Part shown: positions 14,501-25,889 of the stretch, piece by piece
How the letters are laid out: each line of letters starts with the position of its first letter
Position numbering within the stretch: position 1 is the stretch's first letter
Assembly (NCBI GenBank): GCA_051453625.1
Contig: JBOZIK010000001.1
Location: forward strand, 27,875,854-27,939,853
DNA: 64,000 nt
Direction of reading: 5' to 3'
Origin: Welwitschia mirabilis
Lineage: Eukaryota
Notes under the pieces: generated by a model
Databases searched by the model: none
Told to the model about the DNA's origin: nothing
What the model saw: only the letters and a program-made list of their open reading frames with translations
Made by a program: the position numbers and the translations under genes

Positions 14501-16744
14501 CATTGATTTTAGAAAACTTAATGAGGTCACTATAAGGATCATTACCCTTTACTCTTTCTTGATCAATTACTTGATAGAATCCAATGTCATACCTACTATT
14601 ATTTTTTTGATGGGTATAGTTGGTATAATCAAGTTCACATAGCAATTGAAGACCCAGCAAAAACAACTTTTATCTAATCCTTTAGAAACTTTTCCTTTAA
14701 TAAATGCCTTTTAGACTTTGCAATGCTCCTAGGATTTTCCAATGAGTAACAATGTGGATTTTTTTTTATAACATACTATAGGATTTTATTAAAACCTTTA
14801 TGGATGAATTATTCATCTTTGGTGAAACTTTTAAATAAATCATAAAAAGATTAGAGAAAGTCTTCCATCGATGTATATAAATCATCCTACATTTTAGTTG
14901 GGGAAAAGATTTTCTCCTTGTCAGCAATGGAATAATTTTAGGTTACCACATTTCAAAAGAATGGATTACATGAATCCTACAAAAGTTAACATCATTAAAA
15001 ACCTTAGACCTTCAACCAATGTTAAATGAGTTAAATCATTCCTTGCTCATAATGGTTTCTATCATTTTTTAATTTATGGTTATATCAAGGTTTATAAACA
15101 CGTTTACTTGTTATTCAAAAAAGATGTTAAGTTTGATTAGAATAATTCATGTCAACTTGCATTTAATACACTTAAGGATAACATTTTTTCTGAACCTATT
15201 ATCATAGGTCTTGATTAGACTAAATATTTTGAACTCATGTGTGATGCAAGAAATATTATTATGGATGGGGTTCTTGGCCAAAAATATGAAAATGGTTTTT
15301 AAGTTATAATTTATCTTAATAAAAATTTGTCCAAATCCCAATCCAACTATGCTACTACTAAAAGAGAAATTCTTGCCATCATCTTTGGACTTTATTATTT
15401 TTGGCATTACCTTCTTAGCTTTTACATTAATGTTTACACAGATCATGTAGCCATATATTATCTTATGACTAAAAAAGATTCTAGTATCAGACTTATTAGT
15501 TAGATTCTTTCCATGCAAGAAATCAATCTCACTATCATTGATAAGTCTAGAAAACATAATATCATTACAAATCACCTATCTTAACTTTCTTGTTCTCATG
15601 ATAAACTTCTAATAAATGACTTCTTTCTAGATGAATAATTATTTGCTATTGAATAACTTTATGCCATCTCTTCCACTCATCCTGTTTCTTGGTGTGCTGA
15701 TATTGTGAACTACCTTATTACCATGAAAACACCTCAACATTAGAGCCATAATAAACAAAAATATTTTCTCCATAGGATCAGTAACTATGAGTGAAATGAA
15801 TTCCATCTTTGTAGAATATACAAAGATCAAATCATGTATAAATATGTGCTTGAATGAAAAAGCTTAGAAATCCTTAACCTTTTCTATAGTGGAGTATGTG
15901 GGGAATACTTTATTGGCTAAAATACTATAATGAAAATTCTTCATTCTAAATTTTATGAGCCTATCCTTTTCAAAGACTTATTTAACTTTAATAAAAGGTG
16001 TGATGCTTGTTAATGTTATGGTAGCTTAACTCATTCTTAAGATATGCTACTTAAACCCATGCTTGAATGTAAACCTTTTAGTTATTAAAATATTAACTTT
16101 ATATGCCCTATAAAACCACATTTTCATGATAAAAAGTACATATTGGTAGCCATTGATTATGTTATTAAGTGGGTCAAATCTATTCCTACTACCAAGAATG
16201 ATTTTTGCACCATTTTCAATTTTTTCTGAAGCCATATCTTTCAACATTTTGTTTTTGCTAGAATCATCATTAGTAATCAAGGAACTTATTTTATTAATCA
16301 TCTTTTTCAAAAACTTCTTTTATCCATTAACATTAAACATAGAATTGCATGTTCTTATCATCCTCAAGCTAATCATCAAGCCAAAAACATGAATAGAGAA
16401 ATTAGAAAGATGCTCCAAAAATTAGTCTTTATCAATAAGAAAACTTGGTTCTCTAAACGTAATGATGTTCTTTGAGCTTACCATACTACTTGATACAACT
16501 CTTTAGGTTTCTCACCATATGAACTTATGTACTAAAAGGTTTATATCTTGTCAGTTGATGCTTGCTATAACTCCTATCAATCCACCTATTAACTTAACCT
16601 TGTAAACTTGGATGAAAATCTTAAAACTCAACTAGACTAACTTGACCATTTAGATAAAAAGAATACTCATGCCATACCTCATTAACTCATTCATAAATCC
16701 CAAGCCAAGTTCAAACATAATAAAAAGATTCTTCATAAGTAATT
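11540..16744 (+). pseudogene. gag-pol: Degenerate gag-pol, family A
   Basis: KFKDPRVATVSV and LIYIGASVNII (protease ~13440-13540), KDHYPLLFLDQLLDR, KTFMDELF, FELMCDAR, AIDYVIKWV, GFSPYELMY. Confidence 0.92.
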
Positions 16745-17899
16745 TGTAAAATTCTTGAAAGGGGATGAATAGGAATAATAATAAATCTTAAATCTAAAAA
16801 CATATGCTTAAATGAAATTAATCATCTTTACAAATGAAAAATATATTTGATAAAAATGGAAAAGCAAAAAATTAATCAGCCCACAAGATTTATAGTGATT
16901 TGATAATGTACCTACTTCACTTCTCAAGGAGAGCCATTAATGTCATCTTTTCTAGTTTCTTTATCATTCTTAAACTAATGATTTTATGGTTGATCATTAG
17001 CCCTTTATACAATAGTATTAATTTTCTAAAGTTATCTTCAACTTTCACACTTGAATTCTTTCAAAGGATTAGACTTAACCAAAAGAAAAAGAGACAAAAT
17101 TGAGTTGTGTATCAAGCATGGATGCAATAGTATAGGATTTAATCCAAAAAATAATACAAGATAGGATTACAAATTATAGACAAATAACCAAAGATTAGTT
17201 TGAGTTCACTTTACAAAATCATATATGTATGTGTGTAACCCTAACAAAGGAGAGTTTAGGCCTTTTAAAGAGAAGGGAAAAATAGGTATTAAAAGGGAAT
17301 CCTAAATGATGATTATAAGACATGATAATCTGATATTTCAATTAAATTTATGTTTTTAATATGATTGAATGGTGCACCAGAAGAGAGTAGCCATTGAAAA
17401 TCATCATGCATTTGCTTATACCACACTGGTTTTTCAACAGTTTAAAGATAGGATGCCCACCTTTAAAACTAGAACACCCTCACTTCTAAGGGGTTGAATA
17501 TATGCTTTCAAAATAATGTGGACATCCACACTACTAAGAGTATGGGAACATCTACCCTAGAAAGGAGAAAATATTCACATCCACCATAGGTGCAAATTGA
17601 GGAAAAAGTAGAATAGAGGGGGGACATTTGGGCTATTTAGAGTGGGGATCTTAAACCTCAAAATTGATAGTCATGTTTCTTGCAAGAAGAAGGAATGTCC
17701 ATCCTATTTGAGTGAGGACATTTAGAATTAAGACCTATCATAGATACATTTTTCTCATAAGAAGAGGGAACATCTACCCTATTTTAAGTGGGGACATTTG
17801 TATGCAAAAGTTAGCTTCTTAATGTGACTATGATAAGGGATCACCATCTTATCACTTGATTTTTATAATTGTTGGCATTATTTAAACCTTCTACCTATA
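16745..17899 (-). repeat. 3' LTR of SIRE-like element with internal repeated motifs
   Basis: Ends ...TTTTACA at 16745; PPT AAAAGGAGGATA at 17901-17912; repeated GG(G/A)ACATC(C/T)ACCC-like motifs at 17445-17800. Confidence 0.75.
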
Positions 17900-18329
17900 A
17901 TATCCTCCTTTTCAATAATGGAAAATATAATATCTAAAGAACCTTTTTAGAATACCCTCCCCCTAATATTTATACTAGATCCGCCTAAGTTATATATCCC
18001 TATTTAAATGATACAACCATCATATCTGATATATTATTAGTCATAAGTATTACTCCTTCTTTTGGCATCATTAATTCTAAAAGGAAACAAAAGATACATA
18101 AAAATATCCATGAAAAGCATGTAAACAAGATAATAATAATAAAATACATGGAAATAATACACCTTATATTAGCCATTAATCAAACTATGAGTTACATGTT
18201 CATCATAGTTTAGTATAAACAAAAGTGAGATGGACTAACAAACATACAAATACAATATAGAGCAAAAGGAGATAGGATAAATCATACTAAATGAATAAGA
18301 AGTAAGAAAGAGTTTAAAGATATATTTAG

Positions 18330-19353
18330 CTAGATTTCATCACATTACTACTACTATTATACTGCAAGAGGTGGATGCCACCTCCAATCCAAAATCGATA
18401 AGAGCCTTCTTTATCTTTGACAACTAAGAAAAAATTTCTTTGAATCATTTGTTTGATGAAGAGATACCCCTTGAAAACTCACCAGGTTTCATATGCTTGA
18501 ATAACATAGTGGGAGAAGAAGTTGGAGCAACAAGAGTGGTACCTTTCATAATTTTCATCTAAATAAGAGAGGACTCATCAAATGGCTTTGGCAGTTTTAG
18601 AATTTCATCTTTGACTTTTAGTAGAGCTGCCTAGTTATGATACATCTTAGTAATGAGACCTCCATATGGTAGTTTTACTGAACTCATAGATGTGTATGAA
18701 TCCATGTTATGCAAAATCAGCTAAGGTAAGTTGAATTGAATACTTTTAGAATAATAATACATAACATACACACATAGAAGAAACACTTCATCCATGTGGA
18801 AAAGCTTTAGAATGAGATTGCTAGAGATTATGTGAAAGAGTGCCTTATAGATTTGCCTCAAAATCCCAGTGGGAATGGTAGTTTTTCATCCCTCTTATCT
18901 ATTACACAAAACTTCATTGAGTTCATTTCTAGAAACTAAACTATCTAACACTAAAATTGAGGTAATGTGCACATATTATACATAGTCTAATGAAAATCTA
19001 GTAGCATTAGAAATTATTTTAGGACTAATCTCAATCTCAGTACTATATAAATTTGGTACAAACTAATTTTGCTCACACTAATAAGAATCACTACAGTAAT
19101 ACATATGAATCAGATTTACTAAAGCATGAGCATGAAGGTTTAGAATATATGTCCAACCTAACTATTCCAACTTGGATAAAAGATTGAAATAATGCTTAAA
19201 CATGTCATAAAAAGTAACCCTCTCTAAAGCAAAAGGATTCTTATTAAAGCTTTGAGTTTACATTGCCTTTGCCCTAGTAGTCACAAAAATGGGCTTTACT
19301 TTCTTATCTTTACCTCTGTCCTTTCTTGAAACTAGAATCTTCTACCTTGGCAT
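18330..19353 (-). pseudogene. Degenerate SIRE env-like ORF
   Basis: Starts MPR*KILVSRKDRGKDK at 19353; LGWTYILNL..LIHMYY..EIEISPKIIS..; after a frameshift YKALFHIISSNLI..FNLP*LILHNM..KLPYGGLITKMY. Confidence 0.8.
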
Positions 19354-19849
19354 GATAAAAATGAAGAAGAAGAGAGAAAGAAATAAGCTATTAAAGAGAG
19401 AAAATATCATTAAAAAAAAGAGAAATACTTACTTTTAAAGACTAGAGCACTAGAAAATAACAGGATGAGATAAAAGAAAAGGGGATAACTAATTATATAT
19501 AGGTAAACAACCAAGAATGATTTCAATCAATTAAAACATGAATTCACATTAGCATAGGTATACAGATGTATATCTTATCTGGCCTTTTAAGGGTAGATGT
19601 TTGGTCTCCAATCAATCTAAAAACCCACTCTTAAGTGGACATACATCCAGCCTTCTAAGGAGGTAAATGTCCAAATTTCTATAGTGGTAAGGAAGTCCAT
19701 TAAGAAGTGAAACATAATAGGTAAAAAGAAAAATAAAAGTGAGATAATAGAAGACACTAGAAAGGGGAAAAATGATGTTGTTAATGCACTTAAACTTGTG
19801 ATTAACATGTATAAATTTTGGTACTTATGTCAAACAAAAATCATACCTC

Positions 19850-20880
19850 GATTAGGCATGTTTCTATGCCTAACTCAACTATTAAAAGTTTAAGTCTTAC
19901 TTCTAAATAAGGCTTGGTAAAGAGGTTAGTAAGTTATTGGTCTATAGAAACATGATCAACCTGGATTATGCCTCTTTGAACATGTTCTTTGATGAAGTAA
20001 TATCTGATATCAATATGTTTAGCTCTTGAGTACTGCATAGGATTATTAGCAATGTCAATGGCACTAGTATCATCACATAAGAGTTGATTTCTTATCATCT
20101 CAACTTCCTAATTATGTAAGATGTGCATCATCCATGACAATTAAGCATAGTAGGCTCCAATATATATGTGCTCAGTGTTAGCCATGAAGAGTGATATTAA
20201 GCTTTATTTCTTACAACTCCAAGAAACAAAATGATTTCTAAAAATGTAACATGCTCCATGTGTACTTTTCTTGTCATCTATGCATCCAATCCAATCTGCA
20301 TCACTATACCTAGCTAGATCAAGTGAGGTATCTTTAGGAAACCAAATACCAAAATTGCTTGTATGTTTAAGATATTAAAAGATTCTTTTAATTAAAGAGA
20401 GATAAGGTTCCTTAGGATTGAATTGATATTAAGAACATATGCCAACACTAGATGTAATATTAGATCTACTAGATGTTAAATATAATAAATTGCCAATGAT
20501 ACATGGATTGATTTATAGATTTACCTAATTCATCCTTGTTGATTTTTGTGGATGTGGACATGGGATTACAAATCTCTTTTACTTGATTGATTTTGTACTT
20601 ATTTAGAAGATCCTTTACATATTTAGATTGAATAATAAAAATACCACTCTTAAGATATTTAATCTAAAATATTAAAAAAAAAATCTCTTCAAGTATGTTC
20701 ATTTGAAATTCCCTTTGCATAACCTTAGAAAATTCAAGTGTTAGTTTTTCATTGGAAGCCTGAAGAACTCCATGATTAGACCTAATTTTTTTAATAGTGA
20801 GGTCCTTTTCTTTAAAATTTTCTACAAGGATGATAAAACTTATCAAAAGCATTATATTTAGAATGTAAATTCAACAGAGG
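19850..20880 (-). pseudogene. pol: Copia pol remnant (integrase stub fused to RT C-terminus and RNase H)
   Basis: KKIRSNHG, EFSKVMQREFQM, SMIGNLLYLTSSRS, GYSDADWIGCIDDKKST, LCDDTSAIDIANNP..RAKHIDIRYYFIKEHV..NLFTKP. Confidence 0.93.
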
Positions 20881-21035
20881 TATAATGAGTAAAATCATCA
20901 ACCACCACCACAAATATCTCTTTATCACTTATACTTTAATATTTTTAAGGTCCTCCTAAATATAAGTGCCATGTATCTAGAGACCTTTTTGAAGATATAT
21001 CATGCTTGTATTTAAAAGAAGATTTCATGATTTTA

Positions 21036-22089
21036 TGTGGTGGTATGTATTTGTGCAAATTTTTATACTCAAAAGGTTCCTATTATTCACAAATTAAATA
21101 GATATCTTTCATAATACAACACTCTAATATAGTTGTGAGTGACCCTAAATGTTATATCTCATTGAAGACTTACAAGAGAAGAATAAGGATTGATTTTCAA
21201 CAAAGTAAAGTAACTAAAATGCAGGAAAATGAAAGATGCAATGCAAATGCAAATGCAATCTAAGCTAAATGTAATGTAAAATGAATCTAAACTACTTAGT
21301 TTCAGCCTTAACAAAGGCTTCTTTTAAGACTTATATCATCTAAGAAATTTTCACCAGATCAAGGACAATAAAAACCATAAGAGACATATGCTAAACTAAC
21401 ACGCATAAAAGAAAAATAGAGTTTATATTAAAACTAACCAAACATTTAGGTTATAAAAAATCTAGGTCTCAATGAAGGATACACAACCCTCCACCAAGGA
21501 AATGTCTTTTTATAACTCTCAAGATGGATCTTTCATCTTTCAATTTCCTATCATGAGAATTTTCAGTGCAATGAAGATAGAGAGAAGAGTCGAATAGGAA
21601 CTTATTTATAGGATTATAAACTAGAAAATGACAAAATAAAAGGCACCACAATATGTGCTTCTTTACATAAAAGAAATGAATGCAATAGTCAAAGATCAGC
21701 TGTCAGAGTTAGTTACAATGTCAATGTCATCCTAAATGTCATCCCATAATGATTAAGATGACTTAAAATGATGATTTAATAGTGTTTTAGTAGTTTAGAT
21801 TAACATCAAATGTAGTTTTCATCCTATCTATCATGGGGACAATAGAGGGAATTAAGGTCTTCTTTGTTCATCTAAAGGAGGAGAAGCTAGTATTTTTGTC
21901 AATAATCTTCCTCTAAAGCTAAGTGTAGCAAAATTACCTTAAATTTCTATAATCTTACTAAGAATTACATATTTCTAAGATCTTTTATTGATTTTCCAAA
22001 ATCCTTAGAATTGCACCTAAACCCATGCAAATGTCCTATAAAATAGCTCATAAGACCTCATCAAATAACCATAAATTAGTAGTACAACA
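21036..22089 (-). repeat. 3' LTR, family A-related (~1.05 kb)
   Basis: Minus strand: PPT GCTAAGTGGAGGGCTA then TGTTGTACTACTAATTT...ATACCACCACA; similar to the other family A LTRs. Confidence 0.82.
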
Positions 22090-24200
22090 TAGCCCTCCAC
22101 TTAGCCTTTGTTAGTTCTTGACAAAAACCAGGTGAAAAACCATAAATATGAGCCAATTTGTCTTATAAAAAATAATGTTGAAAATTATAAAATAGGCTCA
22201 TAATACACATCACATAGATAAACAACATGTAAAGCATAATGTGAATGAAAAATTTAAAATTTTATCTTATGAAATTTCTAAAATAACTTAAAAAAATAAG
22301 TCATGAAAATGGGCTCTATCCCTTCATGAAAAAAACAATACATCCTATATTGGTAAATAAAACACAAAAATTATATGAGAGTGGAAAGGTAAATAATGGG
22401 TATGTTTGAATTTGGACAACTTTAAAATTAAGTGCAAAATTAAGTAAAGAAATATCAAATATGAAAAAATAGATGTATAAAATATTATGAGAAGAAAAAA
22501 AAGAGTGGATAATAAAAATGTTCCATTACAAAATGATTAACAATAGCATTAAAATACTCAAAAATACTAAAAATAGACATCACAAAATTATTAAAGAAAA
22601 TTATTTAAGCAAGAAATCAACTTTTTATTAAAAACTAAGTAAGGAAAATAGTAAATGTCAAGGACCTAAAATGATACAAAAATACGGAAATGAATTTGAA
22701 ATAACTAACTAAACAATAAAAGAAAATTAAAAAAATGAATAAAAGGTAAGATAAAAAAAGAATAGCTGACTTATATAAAATTTTAACCTAGGAGAATCCC
22801 ATGAGAGAAATCATAACATCACTTGACTTTAAAAAAATGCATAACTTAATGTATAAAAAATTCCATTCAATAAGGCAGTGGTTATGATGGTACTAAAAAT
22901 AAAATGCTTTAAATAATGAATGATTATACTAAAGAGTTGCTCAAAAATGAACTTAGTTAGCAACATCTCAAAACAAACATCTAAAACTTATGAAATAAAA
23001 TTACCATGTGGAANNNNNNNNNNNNNNNNNNNNNNNNNNNNNNNNNNNNNNNNNNNNNNNNNNNNNNNNNNNNNNNNNNNNNNNNNNNNNNNNNNNNNNN
23101 NNNNNNNNNNNNNTTACCATGTGGAAAAACTAAGAGTCTAGGAAACAAGTAATTCCTTTGATAATGCTATGAACATTACTAGTCCTGTGGCCTCCAAGCT
23201 TTTATTATATTTTTATTATCCATAATGAGGGGAGTGTAACCACAGTCAAAGAAGTAAGGACCTATGAAACATGATCAATTAACCCCATAGTAGAGTTTCC
23301 ACAACTACCATATTACCCTTTTAAAGGCTCTTTTTGGAAATATTTGCTCCAATGTACTTGTGGTAGGACATCATGGTGACCATTTTTTTGAACTATCTTA
23401 AATAAAACATCATGATATTATTTCACATAATTTTTTCTTTTTTTCTATAAAGAAAAATATGAAAACACTTCACATAACCAAATACTCTAAAAGATAAAGA
23501 TAAAGTTATAAGATAAAGATAAAAAAGAACACCTTTAAATAATCTAAGATATTTTTACCATTGAACAAAATATAAAAAGTAAAGCATCTTCCTTGAAATT
23601 GAATTTCATAGATGTGTGAACATTTTAAGATTGGATGAATCTAATTTTACCTCTTTAAAATGCCTAAGTCAAAAGACTAGTCATGGAAATAACTACATAA
23701 GTCATGTTTGAAAGATGATTAAGTAATGTCATAATGACCTCTAAAGAAAAAATCAAAGAGAAAGTTTAGATAGTTGCTCATATATTTTAAGTCTTTATCC
23801 GTTTATTTTTAAAATTCTTAAGTGGTTAAATCAGAAATCTTAACAAAGCCCTCAGAATGTATTTTCACAAAATAATAGAAAATAAAAATAATAAACAGTA
23901 GTCCTTCTAGCCTTTTAGATGATAAAGAGGAAAACAAAGATAAAAAGTAAAAACGAAAAATAGAAATCTAGCATAAAACTAAAGGTATAAAATAAAAATA
24001 GAGATTATCATCTTAACTATCATAAGGACAATAGAAGGGACAACACATACAGAAAAGTAAAATAGATAGCTAAAAATTTTATTTAAATTCTAAAATCTAG
24101 TCACATTTTTATTGAAAAGAAAGAAAAAGAAAGATGGTCATAATATATTGTATTATTTCAAAACCAAAAAAGGTCCAAATGAAATATTTATGAATTGAGC
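22090..24200 (-). mobile_element. Internal region of an internally deleted family A element (5' UTR-like sequence, integrase tip, 3' UTR)
   Basis: KING*RLKIYE at ~23780-23812; 23140-23770 homologous to 3320-3900 and 62220-62820; 23850-24100 resembles the 5' UTR at 11200-11500. Confidence 0.65.
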
Positions 24201-25889
24201 AAACATAAAAGGTATGTAATCATTTTTAAGTAAAATTAATTTGAAGAAGAGAGAATAAAAAATAAAACTTTAATAGCATAAATTTAAAAATTCAAATAAG
24301 AGATAAATAACTAATAAGTATTATTGCAAATAATCGCTTATGAAAACTTTTTAAATCATAAGTATCATGATAAAAATCATGTAAAAAGGGTCTCGAAGAA
24401 AGTTTTCAAGATGATTTTAAAGATTCTTTAAAATGTTTTCTATCATTGGATTTAAGACATGAATTTTTAGTAGAAAAGCAAGGATTTTTCTAATCAGCAC
24501 ATGAAATTTTATTTTCACAAACTTTACTAGTGATACAAGAGATAAAAAATTCATATAACTCATAGAAAAGCAATCTCTTATCAAATTCATAATATAAAGG
24601 ATTTATAACATAAATTGCATTCAGAGCTTGATATTAAACATGAGAGGTACTATTTCAAATTCAAGGATTTATAAGAGACTTCTTAGAATGAGTTATTAAG
24701 ATAGGTTTTACNNNNNNNNNNNNNNNNNNNNNNNNNNNNNNNNNNNNNNNNNNNNNNNNNNNNNNNNNNNNNNNNNNNNNNNNNNNNNNNNNNNNNNNNN
24801 NNNNNNNNNNNATGGTGTTGCCCAAACAAGAGAGGCAATAAGAAACTTACTTATCTATCTAGAATGCTTTGTGCATCAAAAGAAAAATACATAATTCACT
24901 AAAAGAATTAAAAACTTCAAATCCACTGAGATTGAGTATGAAAATCCAAAACCTTAATTTGTGAATAAAGCACATGCACATAGCATAATATTCATAAAAA
25001 GGAATAAAAAGTTTACCATTGAGCATGACACCCAAGAAATGGACTACACATAACTCAGAATTAGCATTTCTTCAAAATTATGATTCCAACATCTTACTCT
25101 AAAAAAAAGCAAATACTAATCACAAATATTTTCAAAAGACTATAGTATTATTTTATGATGCCCCTGAAATAGAGGATGTACTTGGGCTCCTACTCGAGCT
25201 TCTTACTTAACCTTTTAATTTGAAATTCTGTTCTTTCTCTACAAAGGGCCTAATTACATGGTTAAATAGAGACATTTGACTCCAATAAGAGCAAGATCAT
25301 TGTTAAAAATGGCTTTACAATCTATGGATCATAATGCACTTGCCCTCTTATTATAGGATCTCAAAATAGGTTAATAGATTTTTGCAATTACATCTTCATC
25401 ATGGGGATTATCCCCCTACTTAAAGTTTCTATATTCTATTAACATTTCACAATTATATGTCAAGTTGATTATTAAGAAAATGCATTATTTTATCCATGTT
25501 GTGCAGCCATTTAAATTTGGGACTTTATTGTTATTATATTTCTCTTACTTTCATTACATTTTGGTATATCTTGAGCTTATTATTATATTTCAAATCCCTA
25601 AAAACCTTTCCTATTATTATATTTACAAAAATTATTCTCATTACTCTTTTTGATTATTATTTTCCCTATTGAGAATAGAGAGAAGGGTTCTTTATCTTGT
25701 TGAGGGAAAAGATTCTCATTTCTTATTAAAGATTTATTTTGATCATCACATAGAAAGATATATTTCAATTACTGAGTAAAGTTTTTGTATTTAAATTCAG
25801 ATATTTATTTTCTATTAAATTTTTATCAAAATTAACTATCATCTTAGAATGTTGTGTAGACCACTAGGGTGCACGACCTCCCTCAACAT

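Larger units (their letters stand above)
9820..16744 (+). mobile_element. Athila-like Gypsy element (family A): 5' LTR, PBS, gag-pol, interrupted in integrase by a Copia LTR
   Basis: LTR, PBS and continuous decayed gag-AP-RT-RH-INT; homology with the 675-3215 copy stops at 16744. Confidence 0.9.
16745..20880 (-). mobile_element. SIRE/Sirevirus-like Ty1/Copia remnant: deleted pol, env-like ORF, multiple PPTs, 3' LTR
   Basis: Copia RT/RNase H motifs, LTR-end motif GAAAGGGGATGAATAGG on the + strand, several purine tracts at 17901-18070. Confidence 0.88.

Noticed and set aside
14427-16392. Short antisense or off-frame ORFs (14427-14666, 15147-15575, 15639-15830, 16047-16310, 16153-16392) as host genes
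   Set aside because: Shadow frames of the decayed pol with no independent motifs
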